Shown here: piece by piece, positions 1 through 10,533 of the stretch
How positions within the stretch are numbered: position 1 is the first letter of the stretch
How the letters are laid out: each line of letters opens with the position of its first letter
Source: a virus
Lineage: Duplodnaviria > Caudoviricetes
Length of the DNA stretch: 64,000 bases
Reading direction: 5' to 3' (one strand)
Virus record (IMG/VR): IMGVR_UViG_3300021400_000347
Span: 32,001 to 96,000 of that record
Program-made: the position numbers and the translations under genes
Notes under the pieces: model-generated
What the model was told of the DNA's origin: nothing
The model's input: the letters and a program-made list of their open reading frames with translations, nothing else
Database searches by the model: none

Positions 1-1
1 A

Positions 2-1210
2 AAGGATTTTGCTGCCTCACGCATCACGAATGCGCTTCATAAGAACTATATTTACGCTAATAAACATTTTGATGGAGACATTGATATTGAGGTTTTTGCT
101 CAATGGACTTCAGGGCGCGAAAAATGTTATGTCTTCTCTAATGGCGCATTAAATAGTGGCGGCGGCACCCCAGTAACAGGCATGAAGGCTGCTTTCACTC
201 GCGCGATTAATACTGAAGCAAAAGAAGATTTTGACGGTGACTTAATCCGTAAAGGGCTTGTTACCATCATCAATATTAAGCATCCTCATCCTGTATATCA
301 AAATCAGGTTAAAGATAAAATTCAAAATACAGAACTTCGTGGCCTGACACAAACGGCCTTTACAGAAGCTATTAAAACATGGATTACCGCTAATAGGTCA
401 GATTTTGAACGCATTGTTGGTATGCTAGCGAAGGAACGCAAAGCCGACCAAGCCGCAGACCGTGCGCGCGAAGCTGTTCTAAATATGGAGAAAAAGGAAT
501 CTGAACATAAGAAGCAGAAGATTACTTCATCTGACAAGTTTAAGGATTGTGAACGGCATGGTCAAGATTCTATGTTAATTATCTGCGAGGGAAACAGCGC
601 CTTGGGTGGCCTAATGCCCGCGCGCGATGTTAACAAAGAAGCTCTTTACGCAGTGCGTGGTAAAGTAAAAAATTTGCTAAAGCATCCACTTGAAGAGTGC
701 CTTGAGAACCAAGAAATTAGCGACATCATTATGGCACTTGGATGTGGGATTCAAGAACGGTATAATAGTAAAAAATTAAATTATGGCCGAGTAGCAATCG
801 CTACTGATGGTGATGTCGATGGTTATTCAATTATGTGCCTAATTTCTACAATGTTCTATGTTCTTATGCCGAAGTTTATTCTTGAGAATAGACTTTGCTG
901 GCTGCGTGCTCCTCTTTATAAGATTGAAAAAGGTAATAATAAGCTATTTGCTTATAATGATGAAGAGCTTGCGAAGATTAGAAAAGGACGTGAGAGTTGG
1001 GAGATTACACGTGCAAAAGGCCTCGGTGAGTTAAACAGCGATGATATGGAACGTTCAATGCTTCACCCAACCGAACGTCGCCTTGAAATTCTTTCAATTC
1101 ACGATGCAGAACTTGCGGCTGAAAGCCTAATGATGCTTATGGGCCCGGAAGTCGAAGGTAGAAGACAGTTCTTGTTTGATCATGTTGATTTTAGCGTTAT
1201 AAATAGGTGA
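2..1210 (+). CDS. gyrB: Type IIA topoisomerase subunit B (GyrB/ParE-like), 5'-truncated by window edge
   Basis: Frame is open from base 2. NGALNSGGGTP, TOPRIM motifs ICEGNSA, RGKVKN and ATDGDVDG, and AKGLGE. No in-frame TAG. Confidence 0.93.
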   Translation, partial: KDFAASRITNALHKNYIYANKHFDGDIDIEVFAQWTSGREKCYVFSNGALNSGGGTPVTGMKAAFTRAINTEAKEDFDGDLIRKGLVTIINIKHPHPVYQNQVKDKIQNTELRGLTQTAFTEAIKTWITANRSDFERIVGMLAKERKADQAADRAREAVLNMEKKESEHKKQKITSSDKFKDCERHGQDSMLIICEGNSALGGLMPARDVNKEALYAVRGKVKNLLKHPLEECLENQEISDIIMALGCGIQERYNSKKLNYGRVAIATDGDVDGYSIMCLISTMFYVLMPKFILENRLCWLRAPLYKIEKGNNKLFAYNDEELAKIRKGRESWEITRAKGLGELNSDDMERSMLHPTERRLEILSIHDAELAAESLMMLMGPEVEGRRQFLFDHVDFSVINR

Positions 1211-1230
1211 TAATATAATTATTATATAAA

Positions 1231-2055
1231 ATGAAAGGACTAATGTCTATGATTAATAAAAAGGCAGATAATCAATGGTATGGCAAAGGATTTGAGCAGG
1301 CGATTGTAATGGTAAAAAAAGGTAACCACTATATTAATCCTTATCCAGAGCATATCCCAAATAATGATTGGCTTGAAATTATAGAAAATGCTAAAGATTT
1401 TATTTCTCAATATGAAAAAATAGAGCCTATTATTTCTATTGAATGGATTGGAAATCATACCGGCACGCAAGATGGGGATTTAATTATTAATGGAGAGAAA
1501 AAAGAAATAAAAAGAGTATCACAAGGATTAGGAACTTGGGGAAATTTTACCATTAAACATCTTTATAAATATCTCCCTAAAGACTTTCCCTCGCACATTG
1601 AATTTATGAAAAAATCTGGACTTTATAGTAGCTTTCAGAGTGTTTCTTCAACTCATAAGTGGGAAAATGATTTATACGCAACTAACCCCCTTACAAAAGA
1701 GGAAGCAAAAAAATTTGGAGACAAGTTTATCGAAGAGGATGAAAGTTGGCGCCGAGATTTTGTAAAAGCCGTCTATAATGCTTTTTTAAACAATCCAGAA
1801 TTATTACAAGCTTTTATCAATGATTGTATTACTAAAAAAATCAGTCCTAGAAAAAATATGCCAAAAAGCCTAATTGTCTATAATTATAAAACAAAAAAAA
1901 TTAGTAATTTTGCTGATACAGATATTATCAAAAAGGAATATGATACTTCTATTAAAATCAATGAATTTGGCGTAATATTAGACACCATTAGAGTTAATTT
2001 TAGTTGGAAAAATCATTGCGGAAATAATTTAGCTATGTATATCTTTTTAAGGTGA
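1231..2055 (+). CDS. Putative PD-(D/E)xK endonuclease (possible restriction enzyme)
   Basis: AT-rich 274-aa ORF with a DGDLIINGEKKEIK motif, directly upstream of a methyltransferase. Start could be 1243 or 1249. Confidence 0.45.
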   Translation: MKGLMSMINKKADNQWYGKGFEQAIVMVKKGNHYINPYPEHIPNNDWLEIIENAKDFISQYEKIEPIISIEWIGNHTGTQDGDLIINGEKKEIKRVSQGLGTWGNFTIKHLYKYLPKDFPSHIEFMKKSGLYSSFQSVSSTHKWENDLYATNPLTKEEAKKFGDKFIEEDESWRRDFVKAVYNAFLNNPELLQAFINDCITKKISPRKNMPKSLIVYNYKTKKISNFADTDIIKKEYDTSIKINEFGVILDTIRVNFSWKNHCGNNLAMYIFLR

Positions 2056-2059
2056 TCTT

Positions 2060-2920
2060 ATGAATAATCTAGATAAATTTTATACAAAACCAAATATTGC
2101 AAAGCAATGTTTTTGTTTTTTACAACAGTACTACCCTCATATATCTGAAGAATATTTTTTGGAGCCCTCCGCTGGTTCTGGAAATTTTTTGCCCTTTTTG
2201 ACAAAATATGATGCTTTTGATATTAAACCAGAAGGAAATAATATTAAACAAGCAGATTTTTTAACATTAGAATTACTTCGTAATGATTATATTACTATTG
2301 GTAATCCGCCTTTCGGGAAACGATCAAAATTAGCTATTGATTTCTTTAACCATGCGGCAAAATATAGTAAAATTATTGCTTTTATAGTCCCGGTTTCATT
2401 TATGAAATGGGGGGTACATAAAGAATTAGATTCTAATTTTAATTTGTTAGCATATATGTATTTACCAGAAAATAGCTTTACAGATAATGGTAAAGATTTT
2501 TCTGTACGATGTGTATTTCAAATTTGGACGAGAGAAAATATTCCAAATAATTTACGTATTTTAAAATCGCCACCAATTAAACATAAAGATTTTAATATAT
2601 GGCAATATAATGCTACTCCGCAGGCTATGAAATACATAGATGAAAATTGGAAATATGCTATTTATAGACAAGGATATAAAGACTATCATCATTTGTTTAC
2701 ATAGAATGAATATGATACTGTGAAAGAACAAATGAAACAAAATATACAATTTTTTTTCATTGAACCGCTATGTGATAGAGCAGAGAAATTCGTCCATGAG
2801 GCTGATTTTGAGCAGCTTGCTTCTAGAAATACTTCTACTCCAGGGTTTGGAAAAGCGGATTTTGTTTCTTATTATTTACAATGGTTAGAAGAATCAAATA
2901 ATAATAAACAAAAATATTGA
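2060..2920 (+). CDS. Amino (N6-adenine-type) DNA methyltransferase, one in-frame TAG (2702-2704)
   Basis: DKFYT, motif I LEPSAGSGNF and motif IV GNPPFG. ORFs 2060-2704 and 2720-2920 are in frame across a single TAG. Confidence 0.85.
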
Positions 2921-2945
2921 CAATAATCAAAATTCATGATATAAT
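2917..2945 (+). promoter_or_regulatory. sigma-A/sigma-70 promoter
   Basis: TTGACA-17 bp-TATAAT with extended TG. AAGGAGG RBS follows. Confidence 0.85.
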
Positions 2946-2973
2946 ATATTTATGAAAAGGAGGATGATAACCA

Positions 2974-5352
2974 TTGATTTATGAAACGGATTTTCAAAAA
3001 TCAATTGAGGATGCTTTCCTTGCTTACGGCGCGTCAGTCGCGCAGGAAAGAGCTATCCCGGATGTGCGCGACATGCTTAAAATTGGCTTGCGGCAAGGTC
3101 TTTATGCGCAGTATAGCAATAAGCTAACTTATAAGGATAAGTTTCAAAAGGCGCAGAAGTCTGTAGCCGCCGCAATGAGCCAGTCATACGTTCACGGCGA
3201 TGCCGCAATGTATGACACATTCATTCGTGCCGCACGTCCTTGGTCTTATCGCTATCCTCTTGAAGCAGTACAAGGCAACTTTGGTAATCCAACTTCTCCT
3301 GATAGCCATGCGGCCGCGCGTTATGTCGAAATGAAGGCCGCAGAAATTAGTAATATACTATTTGATGGCCTTAAAAAGAAAGCTATTGGAGATCAATATT
3401 ATAATAACTATGACGATACTGAGCTGATCCCCTCAGTATTCCCATCAATTGGATATTGGAATATCGTAAATGGTTGCTCTGGTATTGCGGTAGCACTTGC
3501 TACATCAGTACCTTCATTTAATCTTCGTGAAGTAAATGAAGCGCTGATTAAATTGATTAAAGACCCCAATGCTCCATATGATGAAATCTATTGCGCTCCT
3601 GACTTTCCCTGCGGCGGAACCATTACTAACGCGCGCGAAGTAAAAGAAGCCCTTAAACAAGGGCAAGGCTCTTCTATCCGTATTCGTGCGAAAATGGAAT
3701 ATATTCCAGACCAGCATATGATTAAAGCAACAGAGCTGCCGCACGGTGTGTTTACAAATACGATTATTGAACAGTTAGCTGAACTAACTGTTGATAATCC
3801 AAGCTATGGAATTGAAAGAGTCGTAGACCATACAAAGCGCGAAGCAGATATTAGAATCTATCTAACTAAAGGCGCAAATCCAAACAAAATGATTGAGAAA
3901 CTTTATAAGGATACCTCCCTAGAAAACTGGTTCTCAATCAATATGGTTCTGCTTGATCAGGGTAGATTTCCAAAGGTTTTTGGATGGCGTGAAGCTTGCC
4001 TTGCTTATATTGCTCATATTAGAGAATGTAAGCGCAATATGATTCAGTTTGACCTGGACGGCGCGCTCGCCAGGTTAAATATTGTGGAAGGCTTACTTAT
4101 CGCGGCCGCATCTATTGATGAAGTAGTTGCTATTATCCGTAGTTCTAATGACCCGACCGAAGCGGCTACCAAACTAATTGCTCGCTTTGGGTTTAACGAA
4201 CCACAGGTAAAAGCTATACTGGCTATGAAGCTGGCCAGTTTAACTAAGATAGACGCCATAAAATTAAATAACGAGCGCGAGGAACTTATTAAATGTATTG
4301 AGGAGTATCGCTACTTATTAAATACCCCTACCGCTTTAGATGAATTACTTATAGAAAAACTTCAGGAAGTCGCCAAGAAGTATGGCGATGAGAGAAGGAC
4401 AAAGGTAGAAAACTTGATTAAGGCAGATGAAGAAGTAGAACTTCCTGTCGAGCAAGAAGTTAGCGTAATGCTCTTTGATAATAATACAATCCGAGTTGTA
4501 GAAAAGGATGAACTACAAGGCGCGAAGCGCGGCCGAAAAGGAGTAAATGTCAAACCGCCTAAAAACGCAAATCTCCGTAACACTCTCTATACTACTAATT
4601 TAGGGACAATCTCGGCTTTCACAAATCAGGGTAGAATGTATTCATTCCAGATTCACGAATTGGATATGAACAAAGATTATTCAATTTATGATATTCTTAC
4701 CCTACAATCAAATGAGCAAGTCCTATTACTTATTGACTCCACAATGCTAACCAAATATAAGCATTTGGTCACAGTCAGTCAACAGGGATATATTAAAAAG
4801 ACCAAAGTAAATGAATATACTGTACGTGCTCGTAAGGGAACCGCAGCAGTAAAACTAGAAGATAATGATTGTCTATGTAATGTATTCCTCAGTTCAAGTG
4901 ATGAAGATAGGATTTTGATTAGTAACACTTCTGGGTACTATAACTTCTATCCTCTTGGAGATATTAATCCAGTAGGCCGTAATAGTCGAGGAGTGAAAGC
5001 AATTAAACTTCTTGACGGAGAAGAAGTTCATTCTGCTACGCTTGTGCGCGAAGGCCATACTTATTCCGGCATCTTAACTGTATGCGCGGATGGGTACGGA
5101 AAAGTTACTCCTTTAGAGGATATTCCTATGGTTTCGCGCGGGAACCGTGGTTATAAAATCATTAATGTCGAGGATTCATACTTGGCAATGGTTTACGCGG
5201 TTTCAACTGAACAAGAAATGATTTATCTAACTGCTAATAATAAGGCTATTATAATTGAAAGAAAAGACTTATCATTTAGCGGTCGCACTGCGAGAGGAGC
5301 GAGATTAATTAATGTTACCGAAGATCTACGCACTCCAATGGATATTATGTGA
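2974..5352 (+). CDS. gyrA: Type IIA topoisomerase subunit A (GyrA/ParC-like)
   Basis: RAIPDVRDMLK, YVHGDAAMY, GNFG, catalytic AAARYVE, C-terminal beta-pinwheel repeats (GRNSRGVKAIKL). Confidence 0.95.
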   Translation: MIYETDFQKSIEDAFLAYGASVAQERAIPDVRDMLKIGLRQGLYAQYSNKLTYKDKFQKAQKSVAAAMSQSYVHGDAAMYDTFIRAARPWSYRYPLEAVQGNFGNPTSPDSHAAARYVEMKAAEISNILFDGLKKKAIGDQYYNNYDDTELIPSVFPSIGYWNIVNGCSGIAVALATSVPSFNLREVNEALIKLIKDPNAPYDEIYCAPDFPCGGTITNAREVKEALKQGQGSSIRIRAKMEYIPDQHMIKATELPHGVFTNTIIEQLAELTVDNPSYGIERVVDHTKREADIRIYLTKGANPNKMIEKLYKDTSLENWFSINMVLLDQGRFPKVFGWREACLAYIAHIRECKRNMIQFDLDGALARLNIVEGLLIAAASIDEVVAIIRSSNDPTEAATKLIARFGFNEPQVKAILAMKLASLTKIDAIKLNNEREELIKCIEEYRYLLNTPTALDELLIEKLQEVAKKYGDERRTKVENLIKADEEVELPVEQEVSVMLFDNNTIRVVEKDELQGAKRGRKGVNVKPPKNANLRNTLYTTNLGTISAFTNQGRMYSFQIHELDMNKDYSIYDILTLQSNEQVLLLIDSTMLTKYKHLVTVSQQGYIKKTKVNEYTVRARKGTAAVKLEDNDCLCNVFLSSSDEDRILISNTSGYYNFYPLGDINPVGRNSRGVKAIKLLDGEEVHSATLVREGHTYSGILTVCADGYGKVTPLEDIPMVSRGNRGYKIINVEDSYLAMVYAVSTEQEMIYLTANNKAIIIERKDLSFSGRTARGARLINVTEDLRTPMDIM

Positions 5353-5363
5353 GGTAAAGTAAA

Positions 5364-5726
5364 ATGAATCAGTATAAAGAACTTTTCGCGCAGATCTGTA
5401 AGACTACTCGCTCCCTCGCGGAGCAAGTAGCAGATTATGACACCACCAATCACGATGAAAAAGGTGCCAACGCTGCGCTAGTAATGCGAGATGATTTTGA
5501 TCATCTAGCAGAGAAAATAACTAATAATGAACAGCTTGATAAAAATGATTATGTCAAGCTACTACTTGGGAGTATGGTTGTGTCCAACAACCTCCAAGAT
5601 AGAAAGGATATGCTAGAAAAAGCGTTAAACAATTATAAGATTGATGTCATTCCTAAGCTTGAACGAGTAGTGAATGAAAGTACCGATCAGACTCTAAAAG
5701 AGTTGGTTGATGAATTGTTTAACTAA
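5364..5726 (+). CDS. Hypothetical helical protein
   Basis: 120-aa ORF, GAGGT RBS, TAA stop. Confidence 0.7.
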   Translation: MNQYKELFAQICKTTRSLAEQVADYDTTNHDEKGANAALVMRDDFDHLAEKITNNEQLDKNDYVKLLLGSMVVSNNLQDRKDMLEKALNNYKIDVIPKLERVVNESTDQTLKELVDELFN

Positions 5727-5730
5727 ATAT

Positions 5731-5869
5731 TTGACTTTTGTCGAAAAATAGTATATAATTCTTACAGAAGGTGAGAGAGATAGCCTTCTAAAATATCGAG
5801 CCTATTTTATGAAATATAGGAAAAAGTAATATTGAAATATTTGACAATTGAATAAAAATTTGGTATAAT
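5731..5869 (+). promoter_or_regulatory. Two tandem sigma-A promoters
   Basis: TTGACT-17-TATAAT (5731-5759) and TTGACA-17-TATAAT (5841-5869). Confidence 0.8.
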
Positions 5870-5943
5870 AAAGCTATAAAGTGGAACGGGAAAAACCCAA
5901 CCATTTTAAATAAAATAACAACTAAAACACACAAAAAAGGAGA

Positions 5944-6312
5944 TTGATTACTATGACACAGAACAGCGAACTAGTACTAAACTATCTAAAGAAGAATTAT
6001 GGTCAGGAATTCAGTAAGAAGGAGATTGCCGATGCAGTTGGTATTTCCGTTCCCGCCGTTACCGGTAGCATGAATGGCCTACTCAAGCGCAATTTTGCTA
6101 CTACTACTCGTGAGGAGACTGTTGAGATTGCTCCTGCCACCGAGACCCGCAAGGCTCAGACCAAGGTCGTAAAGTATCACACCCTAACTGAGGCTGGCCT
6201 AGCTTATGACCCCGTTGCTGAGGCCGCAGAGAAGGAGGCCGCTAAGGCTGCTGAGCGTGAGCGCAAGGCCGCTGAGAAGGCTGCTGCTAAGGCCGCGAAG
6301 GAGAACGCCTAA
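5944..6312 (+). CDS. Winged-HTH DNA-binding protein with Ala/Lys/Glu-rich tail
   Basis: FSKKEIADAVGISVPAVTGSMNGLLKR HTH, LTEAG wing end, AAEKAAAKAAK tail, AAGGAG RBS. Confidence 0.75.
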   Translation: MITMTQNSELVLNYLKKNYGQEFSKKEIADAVGISVPAVTGSMNGLLKRNFATTTREETVEIAPATETRKAQTKVVKYHTLTEAGLAYDPVAEAAEKEAAKAAERERKAAEKAAAKAAKENA

Positions 6313-6324
6313 TAGGAGCGCTAC

Positions 6325-6358
6325 GCGGGAGGCTCCATGAGCCCCCGCTTTTTCTTTC
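6325..6358 (+). terminator. Rho-independent terminator
   Basis: GCGGGaGGCTC-cat-GAGCCCCCGC hairpin followed by a T-run. Confidence 0.65.
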
Positions 6359-6387
6359 TTGACAATTGTTAAAAAATAAAGTATAGT
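6359..6387 (+). promoter_or_regulatory. sigma-A promoter
   Basis: TTGACA-17-TATAGT. Confidence 0.75.
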
Positions 6388-6402
6388 AAAAGAAAAAAGA
6401 GG

Positions 6403-7296
6403 TTGAAAGTTATGAAAGCAATTACTACACAAGCACTAAATATTATTGAAGTTAATGGAAAACTATTAAATGCAACTGTCGCAGAAGGCACTCTTAAGGA
6501 TGGTCGCGCCTATAAGCGCGCGAATGCCACCGTTCGTGTAACCCAGACTTATGGCGGACAGGAAGAGACTAGTGAGATTCCAGTAAGTATGTTCGCCGCG
6601 CAGTACACTCAGGCTAACAAGCCTAACCCTGGTTATGAGCAGATTGAGAAGCTCGCAACTCTACCCACCGCGCAGAATGTTGGCATTAATGATGCCGCAT
6701 CAGTTCGTTTCTCTCGGGCCTCTATTCGCGAGAATAACTTCGTTTCCAAGAGCGGTCAGCTTATTAATGGCTGGCAGATTAATGGCAACTTTGTAAATTC
6801 CCCCCTCGCTAATAGCTGCGCTACTTTTGAGGTCCAGCTCTTCATTATGGATATGCACGATGAGATGGACCGTGAGGGCGATCCGACTGGTCGTCTTGTG
6901 ATTAAGGGCGGCCTTGTACAGTATGGCGGTAAGCTAGATGTACTAGAGTTCATCGTCGAAAATCCTGACGCAGTAAATTACATTAGCCGGAACTGGAATG
7001 TTAATGATACTGTAAACGCGCGCGGTCGTATTCGGTTCACTTCTAAGGAGGAGTCCGAGGGCGGCACTGGTAGTTGGGGTGAGCATATTCCTACTACAAC
7101 TACTCGTCTAGTCCGTGAGCTTATCATTACTGAGGGTAGTGATGAGGGACTAGAGGAAGAGTTCGCATATGATCCTGCCGATATTAAGAAGGCATTTAAT
7201 GTCCGTAAGGCCGCTATTGAGCAGATGCAGGTTAATGCAACTGCAGCACCGGCCGCGAAGGCTCAGCCCACCGCTTCAAAGTATAGTTGGGAGTAA
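6403..7296 (+). CDS. Putative single-stranded DNA-binding protein (tandem OB-fold-like)
   Basis: Beta-rich 297 aa, position in the replication module next to a Sak4-like ATPase, flexible tail ending YSWE. Confidence 0.6.
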   Translation: MKVMKAITTQALNIIEVNGKLLNATVAEGTLKDGRAYKRANATVRVTQTYGGQEETSEIPVSMFAAQYTQANKPNPGYEQIEKLATLPTAQNVGINDAASVRFSRASIRENNFVSKSGQLINGWQINGNFVNSPLANSCATFEVQLFIMDMHDEMDREGDPTGRLVIKGGLVQYGGKLDVLEFIVENPDAVNYISRNWNVNDTVNARGRIRFTSKEESEGGTGSWGEHIPTTTTRLVRELIITEGSDEGLEEEFAYDPADIKKAFNVRKAAIEQMQVNATAAPAAKAQPTASKYSWE

Positions 7297-7330
7297 TCCC
7301 AACTTACTTTTTTCAGGAGGTTGAGTAAGA

Positions 7331-8326
7331 ATGGCAGATATTAATATTTTTGAACTAGAGCCTTCTAAGATTAGCAGAGATTTGAAAGGTAAGTTCCTTA
7401 TGATTTATGGTGAGCCAAAGGTTGGTAAGTCTACTTTTGGTTCATAGCTCCCTAGAGCGCTATTTCTTAATTTCGAGCAAGGCACAAATGCCTTGGCAGG
7501 TATTCGCGGAGTACCAATTCTCCGTTGGTCAGATTTTAAGAAAGTCCTCGCGCAGCTAAGGAAGCCGCAAGGCAAGGAAATGTATGATAGTATCGTAGTT
7601 GATACAGTTTCTATTGCATGGCAGCTTTGCGAGAAGTACATCTGCCAGCGTGAAGGAGTAGAATCCATTCGCGATGTTCCTTGGGGACAAGGATGGGGTA
7701 TGCTAAGAAATGAGTTTAGCGAATGCTGGCGTGAGATTACGTTACTTGGGTTTGGTATCTTATTCATTGCCCATAGCAAGGAGAAGCCAACTGAGATGCG
7801 CGATGAGGATGGAAATACTATCACAGCGCTAGCCCCTGATCTTCCAAATCAGTGCTACACAATTATTAATAGCATCGTAGATATTATTGGTTATGTTCAG
7901 GTTCAAATGAACCCGGACGGAACCACAGAGCGCTACTTGTATACACGCGCAACACCAACAGTGTTCGCTGGTAGTAGATATCAATATCTTGCTCCAAAGA
8001 TTAAGTTTGGTTATCAAGAATTAGTAGATGCTATTGGTGACGCAATTGATAGCGCAGTAATTAAGGATGGCGCAGAAGTCACCGATCATACTGAATTCGC
8101 GCAGATTAAGGACCGCCCATTCCAAGAGATTATGGCGGATGCGAAGAATATCTGGGTGAGCTATCTAGAACAAGCTACTACCGAAGAGGAAAAGGAACAG
8201 CGTTTGAATATTATGAAGGACATAGTAAAGAAAGTTTTCGGTTCAGAGACTTTCAAGCTAAGTCAGGCTGTTCCATCTCAGGCAGACCTTCTAGAGCTGT
8301 TTATTACCGAGATGAAAGAGTTATAA
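7331..8326 (+). CDS. Sak4-like/AAA_24 P-loop ATPase, one in-frame TAG (7445-7447)
   Basis: ATG after AGGAGG. Walker A YGEPKVGKST lies upstream of the TAG, and Walker B IVVDT and FIAHS lie downstream. Confidence 0.85.
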
Positions 8327-8385
8327 AAGAGCCGAGCCGATGCCGGCTCTTTTTATTTGACAAAATTATAATTTTGTGGTATAAT
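8326..8385 (+). promoter_or_regulatory. Terminator hairpin followed by sigma-A promoter
   Basis: AAAAGAGCCG...CGGCTCTTTT, then TTGACA(8357)-17-TATAAT(8380). Confidence 0.75.
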
Positions 8386-8408
8386 TATTGTAGTAAAGTA
8401 ATAAAGGA

Positions 8409-8942
8409 GTGGCAACAATGACGAAAAGTAGAACGTGTTTTGGATGTAAAGAAACATTTAATAGTAGTTCATTGGTTCAATATGCGTCTCCCAATTCTAC
8501 AGTAATGCATTGGTATTGTCCAAAATGTTTACAAGAGAAAACGGAGCGAGATAGATTTAGCAGCGTAGTCTGTAATATCTTTGGCCTTAAAGCACCGGGC
8601 CCGCGCATTTGGACAGAAAGAAAAAGACTGATTGATACATATGGATATACTGATGATCAACTAATTAATTGCCTAGAGTATCTATACCAGATAAAGGGTT
8701 TGAAAAAATTATCTGAATCTTTATGTTTAATTAATCCAAAGTCTATGTCTGAGATGTATGCCTATAAGCAGCGTCAATAGAATGAAAATAAACGGCCAGA
8801 AAATATGGCTAGAAATATTACTAACGCCGCGGCAAAAACTGAAATTAAAAATTATTTAGTGTCTGTATTTGAAAGAAATAGAGAGAAAGTCAAACAATTA
8901 AATCCTGACGATTGGTGGGATGACAATGACACTGATAGATAA
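8409..8942 (+). CDS. Zn-binding replication-associated protein, one TAG (8778-8780)
   Basis: CFGC...CPKC. Reading through TAG reaches TAA at 8940, overlapping the helicase start. Confidence 0.7.
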
Positions 8943-10533
8943 AGGCACATATCGTCAAATTATCGGAAGTTTAATGCGTAATACATTCCTGCTTGTACAA
9001 TATGACGATATCGAGCCCTCTGATTTTGGCGAGCGGTGCGCGCAAACTGCCTTTATCGCTATTAAAAACCTTTATCAAGCGGGCGCGCAGCAGCTAACCG
9101 CATCAGAGGTTGAGCAAGAAATAGAGAAGCACGAACGTAGTTATTTATACTATGTTGAAAATAATGGGCGAGAATTTCTAACAACTTGTTATGAATTAGC
9201 TAACCCAAGTAATTTTGAAACATATTATAATCAATTAAAGAAATGTTCTCTTCTGCGCGAGCTTCAAAGAGAGCATTATGATATTAGCGAGTTCTTTATT
9301 GATGATAAAGATGTAGTTAACCCGCTAGAAGCAGCGAAAGTTCAAGAGCATTGTGAACAGTCAAGTCTTGAAGATATTCTAGATAGTATTGAATCAAAAT
9401 ATTCAATCATTCGTAATAAGTTTTTACATGGAGGCAAGTCACAAGGAGACCCCTCGGAGAAGATTAATGAACTTATTGAACGACTTAAGGAAACGCCTAA
9501 TGTAGGTGAGCCACTAGAGGGGAAACTATTTAATGCTGCCTGCCGCGGGGCCCGAGTTGGATGCTTTTATCTTAAATCTAGTTCTAGTGGTTCTGGTAAA
9601 ACAAGAACATCAGTTTTTGATGCTTGTAAGTTAACATTTCCAATTAAATGGAGTCATACTATGCGAGACTTCATTATGGAAACGCCAATTAATAATGAAG
9701 ATGTAATGCGCGATCCAGTAAAGACTTTGTTTATTGTTACAGAGATGGATAAAGAAGAACTCCAAACAATTATGCTAGCATATCTATCAGGTGTGCCAGA
9801 AGATAGGATTTTAACTGGTTCATATCTTGACGATGAGTATGAAAGAGTATTGTTTGCCGCGTAGATTATTAAAGATTATCACGATAACTTCATTATAGAA
9901 GAAATTAGTGAACCTAATTTGGTAAATGTGACTGCGACAATTAAAAGATATGCTACAGTGGAAAATGTTAAGTATGTCTTTTTTGATTATATTCATAGTA
10001 CAGCAAGTATGATGAGTGAATTTGCGAAGACAGGTCTGCGTGAGGATGTAGTACTCATGCTAATGGCTAATCAGCTAAAGCAGTTAGCAAAAGATTATGG
10101 ATTGTTCATTTTCTCAGCCACGCAGGTAAATGCTTCTGCTATGACAGAAGATGATGGTTTTAAAAATGAGGCCAGTATCAGAGGAGCAAAAAGTATAGCT
10201 GATAAGGCAGATATGGCATTAATTATGACAAAAGTGACACAGAAAACTTTAAACGCGGTCATGCCAGCTTTTAAACAAGCGGTCAACGAAGGAACTTTAA
10301 ATCCTAGTATATTAGCAACTCCGCCAACCCACGTATTAGACATTTATAAAATGCGTCGTGGACGTTATAAAAATGTCCGTATATGGATTAATTTAAACTT
10401 AGGAAACGGAGAACGTACCGATCTCTTTATGACTGGCGCAGATAATCTTCCTCTAGGGGAGCCAATAGATATGTATACTGGATATTATGAGAGACGCTTA
10501 ACGAATTGGAGGCAGCAGTTATGTTTGACTTAA
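8920..10533 (+). CDS. dnaB: DnaB-like replicative helicase, one in-frame TAG (9862-9864)
   Basis: Walker A SSGSGKT, FIVTEM, Walker B VFFDYIH, ATQVN and IADKAD. The motifs are split across the TAG. Confidence 0.92.
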
